Assembly (NCBI GenBank): GCA_965287045.1
Contig: OZ336872.1
Coordinates: 109,306,001 to 109,370,000 of the forward strand
DNA: 64,000 bases
Direction of reading: 5' to 3'
From: Carcharhinus amblyrhynchos
Taxonomy: Eukaryota
Shown: one piece after another, positions 1 to 13,507 of the stretch
Position numbering within the stretch: the stretch's first letter is position 1
How the letters are laid out: each line of letters opens with the position of its first letter
Notes under the pieces: generated by a model
The model's database searches: none
What the model was told of the DNA's origin: nothing
The model's input: only the letters and a program-made list of their open reading frames with translations
Made by a program: the position numbers and the translations under genes

Positions 1-406
1 TTGGTAAGAGACAATGGACCTCAATTTGTCTCACAAGAATTCAAAGGTTTCTTATAAGTGAATGGTTTTCAACATTCGGTTGTAATATCCTGTTACTAAC
101 GGACTAGCAGAACATTTAATCCAAACCATGAAATGAACCTTAAGAACAACCAGGAAACAGGGTTCACTGATCAAACGTCTTAACAAATTCCTACTAGTGT
201 ATAGGAGTACTTCACATTCCACGTCCAAGACCTTTTCGCATTACTAATAATGAAGAGACAATTACGATCAGCATTCAATCTGTTTAAATGTTTGAAAACT
301 AAAGAGATCTTACCATCAACAACGAGGACAAATAGAAGGCTGGGAAAGTAAAGAATAGCGATTTCCAAGGACAAGGAGCTTGGGCTAGGAATTACCCCAC
401 AGGACA

Positions 407-735
407 TAGAATCATAGAATCCCTACAGTGCAGATGGAGACCATTTGGCCCACCGAGCCTGCACCGACAACAATCCCACCAAGACCCTACTCCTATAACC
501 TCACATATTTACCCTATTAGTCCCCCTGACATTAAGGGGCAATTTAGCATGGCCAATCCACCTAACCCACAAATCTTTGGATTGTGGGAGGAAACCGGAG
601 AACCTGGAAGAAATCCACACAGACACGGGGAGAACACACAAACTCTACACAGGCAGTGACCCAAGCTGGGTATTGAACCCGGGTCCCCGACACTGTGAAG
701 CATCAGTGCTAACCATTATGCCCGTGCTGCCTCTG
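407..735 (-). mobile_element. tRNA-derived HE1/V-SINE-like SINE with CR1-type tail
   Basis: Body tgtgggaggaaaccggag..aaatccacacagacacggggaga, B-box-like gggttcaatacccag on minus, (catagaat)n tail; many similar copies in window. Confidence 0.8.
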
Positions 736-950
736 TGAAAATCCCCTAGTGGCCACACTCCAGTGTATGTTTTGGGGACATTGAGGGAGAAATTTTAGGA
801 TGACCAATGCTCCTAACCAGTACATCTTTCAGACTTGTGAGAGGAAACTGGAGCACCCTGAGAAAACCCACACTGGCTCCGCACAGACTGTGACCCAAGC
901 TGGGAATTGAAACTGGGTCCTTGGTGCTGTGAGGCAGTAATGCTAACCAC
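736..950 (-). mobile_element. Second HE1-like SINE subfamily, partial
   Basis: Same core with gtgaaaatcccctagt.gccacactcc segment shared with 27727-28010 and 47060-47332. Confidence 0.7.
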
Positions 951-1145
951 AGACAGAAGTGTGTTCCTTCCACAACCCTTGCACTGACTGGACCTGTCTC
1001 TTATACTGTCCAGACCAGCGATAATGTTATCTGCAGGAAATATGTGGACCAACTCTTGACTGGAAGAACAGATCTACCAAAATCAGAACCTGCAAAGAAT
1101 CCAGATTTAATCATACAAAGTCCTCATCTGAACTTCCTACAATCC

Positions 1146-2911
1146 TGATGTGGAGATGCCGACATTGGACTGGGATGAACACCATAAGAAGTCTCAGACC
1201 ACCAGGTTAAAGTCCAACAGGTTTATTTAGTGGTAAAAGCCACACACTTTCGGAGCGTTGTCCCTTCATCAGGTGAGTGGGAGTCCTGTTCATAAACAGG
1301 GCATATAAAGGCACAAACTCAATTTACAAAAAAATGATTGGAATGCGTGTCTTTACAGGTAATCAAGTTTTAAAAAAATGTGAGTGGAGACAGTGTTAAG
1401 CACAGGTTAAAGAGATGTGTATTGTCTCCGAACAGAAGAGTTAGTGAGAGTTTGCAAGTCCAGGCAAGTCATGGGAGTTACAAATAGTCTGACGTGAACC
1501 CAACATTTCAGTTGAGGCTGTCCTCATGTGTGCGGAACTTAGCTATCAGTCTCTGCTCAGTGACTCCGCGCTGTTGTATGTTGTGAAGGCCGTCTTGGAG
1601 AAAGCTTACCCGAAGATCAGAGGCCGAATCCCGTGACCGCTGAAGTGTTCCACAACAGGAAGAGAACATTGCTGCCTGGTGATTGTCGAGTGGTGTTCAT
1701 TCATCCGTTGTTGTAGCATCTGCATGGTCTCCCCACTGTGCCATGCTCCGGGACATCCTTGCCTGCAGCGTATCAGGTAGACAACGAGTTGCAAGAGTAT
1801 GTACCGTGTACCTGGTGGATGGTGTTCTCATGTGAGATGATGGCATCTGTGTCGATGATCCGGCATACCTTGCAGAGGTTGCTGTGGCAGGGTTGTGTGG
1901 TGTCGTGGTCACTGTTCTCCTGAAGGCTGGGTAGTTTGCTGAGGACAATAGTCTGTTTGAGGTTGGGTGGTTGTTTGAAGGCAAGAAGTGGGGGTGTGGG
2001 GAAGGCCTTGGTGAGATATTCGTCTTCATCAATGACATGTTGAAGGCTCTGGAGAAGATGTCGTAGTTTTTCTGTTCCGAGGAATTACTGGACAACGAAA
2101 GGTACTCTGTCCACTGTGTCCCATGTTTGTCTTCTGAGGAGGTTGGAGCAGTTTGTCGCTGTGGTGTGTCGGAACTGTCAATCAATGAGTCAAACACCAT
2201 ATCCTGTTCCTATGAGGGCATCTTTCAGCGTCTGGAGGTGTCTGTTGTGATCCTCCTCATCTGAGCAGATCCTATGTAAATGGAGGGCTTGTCCATAGGG
2301 GATGACATTGATGACATTTTCTTTCTTTAGACGGATAGTGAACAATCATGGAAACAACTATATGATGACATCAACAAGTTCCATCCCACCATCAGACTCA
2401 CCATGGACTACTCTCCAGGATCGATTGCATTTCAATCGGGAAACATTTCAGCAGTCACGAGCATTCAGCCTCTGATTTTTGGGTAAGCGTTTTCCAAGGC
2501 GGCCTTCATGACACACGACAATGCAGAGTCGCTGAGCAGAGACTGATAGCCAAGTTCCGCACACATGAGGATGGCCTCAACCGGGATCTTGGGTTCATGT
2601 CATACTATCTATAATCCCCACGAATTGCCTGGGCTTGCAAAATCTCACTAACTGTCCTGAATGGAGACAATACACATCTCTTTAACCTGTGCTTAACCCT
2701 CTCTTCACTCACATTGTCTGTACCTTTAAGATTTGATTACCTGTAAAGACTTGCATTCCAACCGTTATCTTGTAAATTGAGTTTGTGTCTTTATATGCCT
2801 GTTTGTGAACCCAGCTCCTCACTCACCTGTTGAAGGAGCAGCATTCTGAAAACTTGTGCTGCCAAACAAATCTGTTGGACTTCAACCTGGTGTTGTGAGA
2901 CTTCTTCCTGT
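1146..2911 (-). mobile_element. Penelope-like element (GIY-YIG and RT C-terminus) with inverted 5' segment
   Basis: Minus ORF VVYLIRCRQGCPGAWHSGETMQMLQQRMNEH (GIY-YIG); pLTR at ~1146-1600 repeated in inverted orientation at ~2440-2911; CTGATGA..GAAA hammerhead-like core in pLTR. Confidence 0.85.
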
Positions 2912-3310
2912 CTCTGTTCATATACATGCATTTCTGGTGGGGTTTTACTGGGTTACCAAAGGGTTAGGTTACCAAGGAGCTTGGGGATGTTAAAACTAAG
3001 CCAAAGTGGGATTGTGGTTGATGCAAACTCGATGGGCCAAATGGCTCTTTCTGTACTGTAGGGTTTCTATGATTTCTATGAAGAAGTGTACAGGAGACAG
3101 TGATGTTGCCAAGCAACATATATCCAGAGAGACCTATTGCTACACTGGAAGAAAGAAAAACAATGTTATTTCAGTTGTGGACACTGCAGGATGAAAACAA
3201 TGGTCTCAAACCTGGGAGTGTCAGAGAAAATGGGAGAGAATTCCAAGGGAGAGTTCTTTGAGCTTGGAAACCCACATGAGGAAAACAGAGTTTCAGTAAG
3301 ATCAGTTGGT

Positions 3311-3682
3311 TCATAAGAACATAAGAACATAAGAAATAGGAGCAGGAGTAGGCCATCTAGCCCTTCGAGCCTGCCCCGCCATTCAATAAGATCATGGCTG
3401 ATCTGTCGCTGCTCAGTTCCACATTCCCGCCCTCTCCCCATAACCCTTAATCCCCTCTCTTATCAAAAACCCATCAACCCGCTTCTTAAAAATATTTAGC
3501 GAGGCAGCCTCTACCACTTCAACGGGCAGAGAATTCCAGAGATTCACCACCCTTTGAGTGAAGAAGTTCCTCCTCAACTCCGTTCTAAACCGCCCCCCCT
3601 TTATCTTGAGGCTGTGCCCCCTAGTCCTACTGTCTTTTTTGAGCGGGAAGAGTCTCTCCACCCCTATCCTATCCATCCCATT
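3311..3682 (-). mobile_element. CR1 LINE 3' fragment (young subfamily)
   Basis: RTRGHSLKIKGGRFRTELRRNFFTQRVVNLWNSLP; (cataagaa)n tail; near-identical to 9384-10373. Confidence 0.9.
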
Positions 3683-5294
3683 GCAGTGTAACAAGTATCT
3701 GTAGAGCTGATGAGCGATGTATGGAAATTTGATTTCAGATTGTGGGCTGTCCAACTGTAGTTCACCTCCTTGTCTACATGGACTGTGTAGTACTGTGACC
3801 ATAATTGATGAGAAATCTGTAGATATCTGGGGGCATCTGTCACTTGTTTTCAGAGTGTAGGCTTATTAGCTTATATGGACTGTATACTTACCATGAATAT
3901 TAGAGGATAGATGTGTTATCTTTATGCATTTGTTTGTATCTGTAAAAAGGTATAGTTGGGGCAAAGCAATAATCTAAATTGATTAATTTACTGGTGGTTG
4001 TATCAAAACATTTTCAAGTTTTTTGCCTTGTGCAATATAATTTTGTTTCCTTGTTTAAAACCTTTATTTTGTTGTTAAACATTCATCAACAGACTCCTGT
4101 GACTCTCTTCAGTAGTTGCCCTCCATGATTCTAAGCAAAAATCTATCAAGCCAGGCTCTACCCTGGGATCTGACTAATAGTAACATCAACTGGCATCACA
4201 ACGTTATGAATAAAGGTGAAGATTGTAGTACTTTCTTTTCATTTCTTTTAATGCTGGCAATGAAATGCATTGTGCACATTCAAAAGATGGCGAACTTCCA
4301 ACTAAATCATGTGACATCAAATGAGATGTTAATCTAGCATGTGATTTGAATTTTAATTATGTCAGATTTTTATTTCATTGTGCCAAGGAAAACTAGTATA
4401 ACCTGCCTTTGACTCAAATTTTTAAAAATAAGCTTTAAACAGCTGAAAATCTTGTTATTATGGCACAGCTATTAGGGAAGTGCATTTTAGTAAAAATATT
4501 GAGAAAATGTATACTACATGTGGCAAAATATTACTATTTTAATCAATCGCTTATTTTCGTTTCAAAGCTAATCTGCAAATTTTAGTGCCTTGCTAAATAA
4601 TATGGAACTTGAAACAATTCAATTTCTCTGGGAAAAATATGGGGATTTCTGCACAAGCACATGCACATATGTTGCTTATGACTTTAAGGTAAAGTAAAGT
4701 TTATTTATTAGTCACAAGTAATGTTTACATTAACACCACAATGAAGTTACTGTGAAGTTTCCCTAGTCGCCACTCTTTGACGCCTGTTCGGGTCAATGCA
4801 AAATTTTGCAAGAAGGAGGAACTGTTGTTTCAGATACAATGCTGTAAAGGTGTGGTATCCCTCTAATCCATACCTATACATAGTGAACCAAAAGAAGAAA
4901 GTAAATGTTCCAAAATACATCAAAGAGAAAAGCTTTCAGGTATATTTGTCATGGAATAAAGGTTTATTTTTCTATCAAACTGATTAACGCAAGCATGTGC
5001 ACAAATACAAAACTAGAATGTGTAGGTATTGTGTGCTCAATCCAAATTTCAGAAAAAGGAGCTAAATCTTAACAGCAATGAAAAAGTAGCTGAAATTTTG
5101 ACGAAAAAATTATTGTGCTTAAATGACACATTGAACAGACTTAGTTTACGAAGACTCTCCAGACAAGGCATGCCTCCAAGACTGAAGGAAGAGGATTTTC
5201 ATTTTAAACTACTAGATCAACATTTTCAGGCTCAATGTAACTTCCCTGGTAGAATTTAAGGTCTGTGTAATGTGTAATGCGTAATGTTAAAAAC

Positions 5295-5830
5295 AAAGAT
5301 AAAATCAAAATACTGTGGATGCTGGAATCTCAAGCAAAAACTGAAAATGCTTGAATATCTCAGCAGTCTGACAGCATCTGTAGGGAGAGAATAGAGCCAA
5401 CATTTCAAGTCTAGATAACCCTTTGTCAGAGCTGAGAGCAAAGAGAATCAGCAGAGATTTGTACTATGAGGATGGTGGTGGGTGGAGCAGTGGAATGGGA
5501 CAAAGGGAATGTAAATGAGGTACAGAAGGCTGAGAAGGTAGCTAAAAGGTCCAGTAAGTGATCAGAATGTATGAATGGCAAAACAAAGGTGCAGATTGTT
5601 AAAGGACTGCCCGAGAATTATGGCATGCCCTGAGGAGGTCGGCGGGGTGGGGGGAGCGCGGGTAGTATTAAAGAGTGCTGGAATGGGGAAGTGGGAAAAT
5701 GGAAGTGAGAGACAAGAATGATAAAATGGATGAATGAAATGAAACAAAATAAAATAAAAGGAAATTGGGTGAAAGCAGAGGAGAGGATTTGTTAACTTAA
5801 TGTTTAGTCCAAAAGGGTGTAATATGCCCA
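5295..5830 (-). mobile_element. Penelope-like pLTR/3' remnant
   Basis: aaatactgtggatgctggaatct..ctcagcagtctgacagcatctgt..ccctttgtcagagctg, with degenerate CTGA..GAAA core on minus; end of GIY-YIG ORF (LHPFGLNIKLTN). Confidence 0.6.
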
Positions 5831-6059
5831 AAAATACCTGTTGTATATTTTAGCACCCAGTGGAGTACACTTCTCTTAAAATACAGATTTATTTTCTTTA
5901 AATCTGCTGCTGGAAGTCAGGGTCTGGCCTTTTAGTGTTTTCATCTCAAGTTCTGGTCAGGTCAGTTTTTATCTTCCACTTTGAACCTGATCAGAAAGTT
6001 GAAATTTCTGCATTCCCACATAAACTCTAAGGTTGCAGTACATCAACTTCCTATATATG

Positions 6060-6638
6060 AGTCTTGTTGAAATTGTACAAGACATTGGTAACGACATACT
6101 TAGAATACCGTGTGCAATTCTGGTCACCCGATTATAGAAAGGATATTATTAAACTAGAAAGAGTGCAGAAGAGATCTGTTAGGATGCCACCAGGACTTGA
6201 TGGATTGAGTTATAAAGAGAGGCTGAATAGACTGGGACTTTTTCTTTGGAGCGTAGAAGGCTGAGGGATGACCTTATAGAGGTCTATAAAATAACGAAGG
6301 GCATAGAGAAGGAGATAGTCAATATCTTTTCCCAGCAGAGTCTAAAACTAGAGGGCACAGGATTAAATGAGAGGGAGAGATACAATAGTGTCCAGAGGGG
6401 CAATTTTTTCACTCAGAGGGTGGTGAGTGTCTGGAACAAGCTGTCAGAGGTAGTAGTAGAGATGGATACAATTTTATCTTTTTAAAAGCATTTAGGCAGT
6501 TACATGGGTACGATGGGTATAGAGGGATATGGGCCAAATGCGGGCAATTGGGATTAGCTTAGGGGTTTAAAAGAAGGGTGGCATGGACAAGTTGGAAAAG
6601 GGCCTGTTTCCATGCTGTAAACCTCTATGACTCTATGA
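6060..6638 (+). mobile_element. CR1 LINE 3' fragment
   Basis: LKLYKTLVTTYLEYRVQFWSP..FFTQRVVSVWNKL; ctctatgactctatga tail. Confidence 0.9.
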
Positions 6639-7244
6639 GCTGGTAAAATAGGAAATAAAAATTCAAGGATTTAGGAGGGATGGGAAATTTAAAGACGTCA
6701 CATCAATAACTGTTGGGAAAAAGAGGTATGTGGTCTGTACTGGGATCTAAGGCAGCTTCCCATCTTACTTATAATGACATAAATCAGTCCTGTTGTTAAT
6801 CGCCCTTCCATGTGATGATGGTAACAGAACTAGATAATTTCAGAACAGCAGAATGTACTATCCCCTCTAGATTATTGAGAGTCGTCAGAAATCATCCTAA
6901 TCCCATCCTTGCCCATGTTAAACTAGCATTGAAATTAGAATCATGATGGTAAATACAACCAGGCCCAATCTGACGGAAACCTGAATAAAGTAGGCGGTGG
7001 GTTCCCTCCTCACAGAGACATTGGTGCGTGGAATTAAAATTTCTCAATTTTGAAGAAAGAACAATCAATATTGCCTACCACCCGATCACTGGGAATTCTC
7101 GGTCCACATGTTTAGCGCGGAAGAGATGAAAGAAAACAGACCCGAATCCCAGAGCTACTGTCTGTTAAAACCAATGTTTCCTGAACATTGTGCTGAATCT
7201 AAACGAGAGCCGCAGAACAAAACATAAAACTGGCATCGTGGAGC

Positions 7245-8440
7245 TTTCCTTTGTCCATTCAAAAGGTCCATTCTGTAGGTCCATTCAAAAGTTTGATGGC
7301 AGAAGGGAAGAAGCTGTTCTTGAGTCGGTTGGTACGTGACCTCAGACTTTTGTATCTTTTTCTTGATAGAAGTGGGAGAAAGTATGTCAAGGATTCGGGG
7401 GGTCCTTGATTATGCTGGCTGTTTTTCCAAGACAGCGGGAAGTCAATGGATGGGAGGCTGGTTTGCGTGATGGACTGGGCTACATTCACATCCATTTGTA
7501 GTTTCTTGTGGTCTTGGTCAGAGCAGGAGCCACACCAAACTGTTAAAGATCCAGAAAGGATGCTTTCTAAGGTGCATCCCTAAAAATTGATGAGTCGTAG
7601 CAGACATGCTAAATTTCCTTAGCCTCTTGAGAAAGTAAAGGCATCGATGGGCTTTTTTAACTATAGCATCAGCGCAGAGGGATTAGGACAGGTTGTTGGT
7701 GATCTGGACACCAAGAAACTTGAAGTTGTCAATCATTTCACTGTTGATTTAGACAAGGGCATGTCTTCCACTTCCTGAAGTTGATGACTATCTCCTTTGT
7801 TTCACTGGCACTGATGGAGAGATTATTGTCATCACACCATTTCACCAGATTCTCTATTTCTTTCCTGTACTCCATCTCATCCTTGTTTGAGATCCAACCC
7901 ACTGTGGTGGTGCCATCAGCAAACTTGAAAATGGAGTTAGAGTGGAATTTAGCCACACAGTCATAGGTGTATAAGGAGTATAGTAGGGGGCTAAAATCAC
8001 AGCCTTGTGGGGCACCGGTGATGAGGACAATCTTGGAGGAGGTATTGTTGCTGCCCTAACTGATTGCAGTCTGTGGGTCAGGAAGCCTAGGATGCAGTCA
8101 CAGAGGGAGGAGCCGAGTACTAGGCCATGGAGTTTGGAGATGAGTTTTGCAGGCATAATGGTGTCGAAGGCAGTCAATAGGAGCCTGACACAAGTGAGCT
8201 TGTTATCTAGGTGCTCTGGGGTTGAGTGTCGGGCCGGGGAAATGGCACCTGTGTGGATCTGTTGCAGCGATAAGCAAATGTAGTGGATCCAGGCAATCTG
8301 GGAGACTGGAGTTGATGCATACCATGACTGACATTTTGAAGCGTTTCATAATGATGGATGTCAGAGCCACCAGGCAATAGTCATTAAAGCACACTGCCTG
8401 GTTCTCCTTTGGCACAGGGATGAGGGTACAGGATGTCTCA
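7245..8440 (-). mobile_element. Rex1/Babar-type LINE RT remnant
   Basis: IPVPKENQAVCFNDYCLVALTSIIMK, AFDTIMP, FKFADGTTTVG, TNRLKNSFFPSAIKLLN motifs across frameshifted ORFs. Confidence 0.8.
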
Positions 8441-9190
8441 ACTCTGCTCCACCCCATCCAGCATTCTGTTCAGGCCTCCTTTGGAAAAACCTCAGGATAG
8501 CCTTCCTAGCAACCACTCTTGCCTGGACTTGGAGCAAGTGCTGGAGAGGCATTTAAATGATACCCCCCCCCCCAACCCCGCCCCCCCCCCCCCACCCACA
8601 CAGCCCCTCCCCCAGCATGCTTGGCTGGTACTGGGACAGATGAATTAGGGTCAGCCTCTCACAGTCGTGGTATGAAACTCGTAGTGCCTACAAATTGACA
8701 CAAAAATTCACCAATGCTACCAATAGGCTTCTCACCTCTTCTTGTGCATAATGACTTTGCCAAAAAAAAAATGAAAGTTCGATCCAAGGTTTCTGCTTAC
8801 CACACCTCCGCAGCATTCACTTCAACTTCTACTGCTTCTGTTCCTACCCCCTTATTGTCTCCGGACCCTGTTCAGGCTCCAAATTCTTGGTGCTTTATCC
8901 TGGCCTCCAATTGGCTTTCCTTAAATTCCTGGATGAGGGGCTGAATGGGCTGCTCCTGCTCTGATTTTCCTCTGTTTCTATGTAACAGGTTCTAAACGAT
9001 TGCGGACATAGGTAAAGCAAAAGATGAGGAAAGAACAAAACAAAAGGCCTTTTGTAGGGTGAGAGGCAGAAGAGATTAATTACCACAAGGGATTATGTTG
9101 CAATGGTGCAATACAGGATGTTAATAGAAAAAATAGAGAAACAAAAGATGGGCCTGGTGAAAATTCAAATGTAATAGAAGCCAATTAATT

Positions 9191-10548
9191 ATTTTTATTC
9201 ATTCATGAGACATGGGCGTCACTGGCTGTCCAGCATTTATTACCCATTCCTAATTGCCCAAAGATAGTTGAGAGTTAATTACATTGCTGTGGCTCTGGAG
9301 TCTCATTTAGGCCAGACCAGGTAAGGATGGCAGATTTCCTTCCTTAAAAGATCGTAGTGAACCAGATGGATTTTTCTAATATTAAGAACATAAGAACATA
9401 AGAAATAGGAGCAGGAGTAGGCCATCTAGCCCTTCGAGCCTGCCCCGCCATTCAATAAGATCATGGCTGATCTGTCGTGGCTCAGTTCCACTTTCCCGCC
9501 CTCTCCCCATAACCCTTAATCCCTTCTCTTATCAAAAACCCATCAACCCGCTTCTTAAAAATATTTAGCGAGGCAGCCTCCACCACTTCAACGGGCAGAG
9601 AATTCCAGAGATTCACCACCCTTTGAGTGAAGAAGTTCCTCCTCAACTCCGTTCTAAACCGCCTCCCCTTTATCTTGAGGCTGTGCCCCCTAGTCCTACT
9701 GTCTTTTTTGAGCGGGAAGAGTCTCTCTACCTCTATCCTATCCATCCCATTCATCATCTTATACGTCTCAATGAGATCTCCCCTCATTCTTCTAAACTCT
9801 AACGAGTACAAGCCTAGTTTATTCAGCCTCTCCTCATAGCTCAATCCCCTCAACTCCGGTATCAGCCTAGTAAACCTCCTCTGCACTCCCTCCAGGGCCA
9901 AAATATCCTTGCGCAGGTGCGGCGCCCAAAACTGCACACAGTACTCCAGCTGCGGCCTCACCAATGCCCTATACAGCTGCAGCAAGACCTCCCTACTTTT
10001 ATATTCAATCCCCCTCGCTATGAAGTCCAGCATCCCATTCGCCTTCCTGACCACCTGCTGCACCTGCAAGGTGGGTTTTTGCGATTCATGCACAAGGACC
10101 CCGAGGTCCCTCTGCACCGTCGCCTGCTGCAGTTTTTCGCCACGTAAGTAATAGTCCTTCCTACCATTCTTCCTACCAAAGTGGACCACCTCACACTTGC
10201 CAACATTAAATTCCATTTGCCATTTCCTGGCCCATTCGCCCAGCCTATCTAGATCCTTCTGCAGACTCTCCACACCCTCCGCACAATTTGCCGTTCCCCC
10301 AATCTTGGTGTCATCAGCAAATTTCGACACCCTGCACTCGGTTCCCTCCTCCAGATCATCTATATAAATGGTAAATATTGACAATGGTTTCGTGATGATC
10401 AGTAGATTTTTAATTCCTGATATTTTTTATTGAATTGAATTCAAATGCCACCACTTGCCATGGCAGGATTTGAATCCAGGTCCCCAGAACATTAGCTGAG
10501 TTTCTGGATTAACAGTCTAGCAATAATATCACTAGCCATCACCTCCCC
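9191..10548 (-). mobile_element. DeuSINE (SacSINE1-like) interrupted by a CR1
   Basis: Minus strand reads ccatctggttcactacgatcttttaaggaaggaaatctgccatccttacctggtctggcct..gactccagagccacagcaatgt (Deu-domain-like); ttaatt at both flanks. Confidence 0.7.
9384..10373 (-). mobile_element. 5'-truncated young CR1 LINE with uninterrupted RT C-terminal ORF
   Basis: 300-aa ORF 9482-10384 (FTIYIDDL, KFADDTK, LEYCVQFWAP); aatatt at 9378-9383 and 10374-10379 as probable TSD. Confidence 0.92.
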
Positions 10549-10631
10549 TTAATTGCATGTGAATAAAAACACTGGAGACGTACATTATCTGAATAAAGTT
10601 AATCTGGCCTGTGGGAAGAACACTGAAATTA

Positions 10632-10660
10632 TGATGTTTGCTTCCCTCTAGTGGCTCAAA
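10632..10660 (-). promoter_or_regulatory. Candidate CTCF site (duplicate copy)
   Basis: Minus strand GAGCCACTAGAGGGAAGCA resembles the CTCF core; 29 bp identical to 50377-50405. Confidence 0.45.
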
Positions 10661-12364
10661 GAATCGAATTGTTTCACTGTGATATTTGGAACTGTCTTTC
10701 AGCAAGAAGTTTTTTTAAAAGTTAGCGATACTCAGTGAGGTCAGCCAAGTGATATTTGAGGGCTTAAGCGGCACTCAGTGTTTTCAATATTTTATCAAGG
10801 AATATTTTAGTGAGATATTAAATATGATGCTTTTTATGACCACGGTAGCCCTATAATTTCTTCCATCGAAATACACATCTAGAAAATAAATACATTAAAA
10901 ATAGTGGAACTCCTTCTGTAATACTAGAATGGCTCAAGGCAACTCACTACCACCTTAAGGGCAAAGAGGGACAGACAACAAATGCTGGCTTTGCCAGCGA
11001 TGCCCACGTCCCATGAATGAAAATAAATTATAAAGCATTCAATTTGTTCTGTCTTCCACGTTCCGCTTCAGCATCCAATGTGGCCATTTTTGTTTTAGAA
11101 ACACTTTTCTATTCCCCTAATTTGTTGTTGAATAAGGAATCAATCCGGTCGCTTCTGAATAATTCACGTCAGTATTTACTGCCAGTGTGGAATACTATTG
11201 CTACAATAATCCAATCGTCAGGCACCACTACTTCTCAATTATCTGTGTAAATTTTCCAATCTCTCAATATACAAAGCTCTTTGCAATCCCAGACAGGAAG
11301 GCTATGAGTAGTTAAAAAATACTCCTGGCTTGACTCACAATCGGAAGATTTCATGTGCTCTCTATTTGTAGCAAAGCAATTATCATTGTAGTCTATACAG
11401 ACTCCAATTGCTACAAAAGGTATTTTGCTGAAATTTGCTGCATTTGGATTCACTTGGTACAATGATTTACTTCCTTACGAAACAACTTAACTGATGATGC
11501 TTTGGGGACCATCATTGTTTGAAAACGCTCAGCACCATCCTTAAACACCTAATTTAGACTTGCTATCGAATTGCTCCAGAAAATACTTCCAGCACATTAT
11601 GGCATCAGTCACCTAGAGAGACAAAGCACGACTTCTTAAAAAGGAGGATGAGAGGCCTTTACATGGAAACAAAACTTGCAACAAGCGCCAAGAAATGTCC
11701 GTGCACTAACAAGTGTCTCCATCACATTCAGTAGTGTTTCACTTCAAAATGCAAGTAATCTTTTCAAAACCTTATTTGATACTGAAAGCATGCAAATGTG
11801 ACATGTTTAGGACAATTTGGTAATTGCTGTAGCTTTACATTATAAAAACCATTGTGAAGATTGTGGTTTTTACCTTTTGCAGGTTCCTTTCATCTGGAAA
11901 ATAAATCTAGAAAAATCTACTGAAATTCCTTCACTAATTAAAGCAATTGTATCCTTGAACACAATTTAAGGCACATGCTCCTTTATAACAAACAATATTA
12001 AGCTAATTTGTCCTATAATCCCTAGTCATATCGCTCTCACTTCATGAAGATTCCAATCACATTATCTATTTGAGTTTCTTTTAGTATTACCTTATTTCAA
12101 GACAATTACCTACAGTTCCTTAATAATTGAAATTTCATGTTTATATTTTGACAAAGCGCAGAAGGAATATTTCAGCAACCTCAATCTTCAACTTTGAGTA
12201 TTGATACAAAAGAAGGTATTTTAAAATATTTCCTTGCCAAAGGAATTATATTTATTTGTTCGTGGGATGTGAGACCAGAATTTTGTTGTCCATCCTAATT
12301 GTCCTTTGAGAATGCAGTGGTGAGCCACCTTCTTGATATAGTCTATCTAATATAGGTACAGTGC

Positions 12365-13507
12365 TTATAGGATATATTTACCATAGGAGGAATGCAACAT
12401 GGGGAGGTAGTAAATTAGATTAGTCGCTGACTCAATGGAAGAAGCCAGAGAGTGGTAGTGGAGAATTGCTTCTCTGAGTGGAGGCCTGTGACGAGTGGTG
12501 TGCCACTGGGATCGGTATTGGGGCCATTGCTGTTTGTCATCTATATCAATGATCTGGATGATAATGTGGTAAATTGGATCAGCAAATTTCCTGATGGTAC
12601 AAAGATTGGAGGTGTAGCGGACAGTGAGGAAGGTTTTCAAAGCTTGCAGAGGGATTTGGACTAACTAGAAAAATGGGCTGAAAAATGGCAAATGGAATTT
12701 AACGCAGACAAGTGTGAGGTATTGTACTCTGGACAGACGAACCAAAGTAGAAATTACAGGGTAAATGGTAGGACTCTGAAGAGTGCAGTTGAACAGAGGG
12801 ATCTGAGAATACAGGTACAGAATTCCCTAAAAGTGACGTCACAGGTGGATAGGGCTGTAAATAGTGCTTTCGGTACATTGGCCTTTATAAATCGGAGCAT
12901 TGAGTATAGAAGTTGGAGTGTTATGGTGAGGTTGTATAAGGCATTGGTGAGGCCAAATTTAGAGTATTGTGTACAGTTTTGGTCACCTACTTACAGGAAG
13001 GATGTAAATAAGGTTGAAAGAATGCAGAGAAGGTTCACAAGGATGTTGCTGGGACTTGAGAAGCTGAGTTACAGACAGAGATTGAATAGTTCGGACTTTA
13101 TTCCCTGGAGCGTGGAAGAATGAGGGGAGATTTGATAGAGGTGTATAAGATTTTGATGGGTAAAGATAGAGTGAATGCAAACAGGCTTTTTCCACTGAGG
13201 CTAGGGGAGAAAAAAATCAGAGGGCATGGGTTAAGGGTGAAAGGAGAAAAGTTTAAATGGAATATTAGGGAGGGGCTTCTTCACACAGAGAGCGGGGGGA
13301 ATGTGGAATGAGCTGCTGGATAAAGTGGTAAATGCGGGGTCACTTTTAACATTTAAGAAAAACTTGGGTTCATGGATGAGAGGGGTGTGGAGGGATATGG
13401 TCCCAGCGCAGGTCAGTGGGACTAGGCAAAAAATGGTTCAGCAAGAACCAAGACAAGAAGGGCCAAAAGACCTGTTTCTGAGCTGTAATTTTCTATGGTT
13501 CTATGAC
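12365..13507 (+). mobile_element. CR1 LINE RT fragment
   Basis: VTSGVPLGSVLGPLLFVIYINDLD, LEYCVQFWSP; ttctatggttctatga tail. Confidence 0.9.

Larger units (their letters stand above)
1..1145 (+). mobile_element. Degenerate Ty3/Gypsy integrase remnant, split by two SINEs (407-950)
   Basis: Translation gives LVRDNGPQFVSQEFKGF and TNGLAEHLIQTMK (integrase DNGPQF / NGLAER motifs); after the SINEs SYTVQT..RKYVDQLL resembles the integrase C-terminus. Frameshifted. Confidence 0.75.

Noticed and set aside
407-950. tRNA genes suggested by A/B-box-like motifs
   Set aside because: These are SINE heads without a full cloverleaf.
3085-4203. Possible solo LTR around the CR1 fragment
   Set aside because: LTR-like 3' end only; no second copy, clear termini or TSD seen.
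4380-5200. Faint similarity of 4390-4440 to 45350-45395 and 5165-5200 to 45860-45885 at roughly the 41-kb duplication offset
   Set aside because: Too weak and AT-rich to support by eye; needs a sensitive alignment.
9482-10384. 300-aa ORF as a host gene
   Set aside because: It is the CR1 RT C-terminus; the start codon comes from the flanking SINE.
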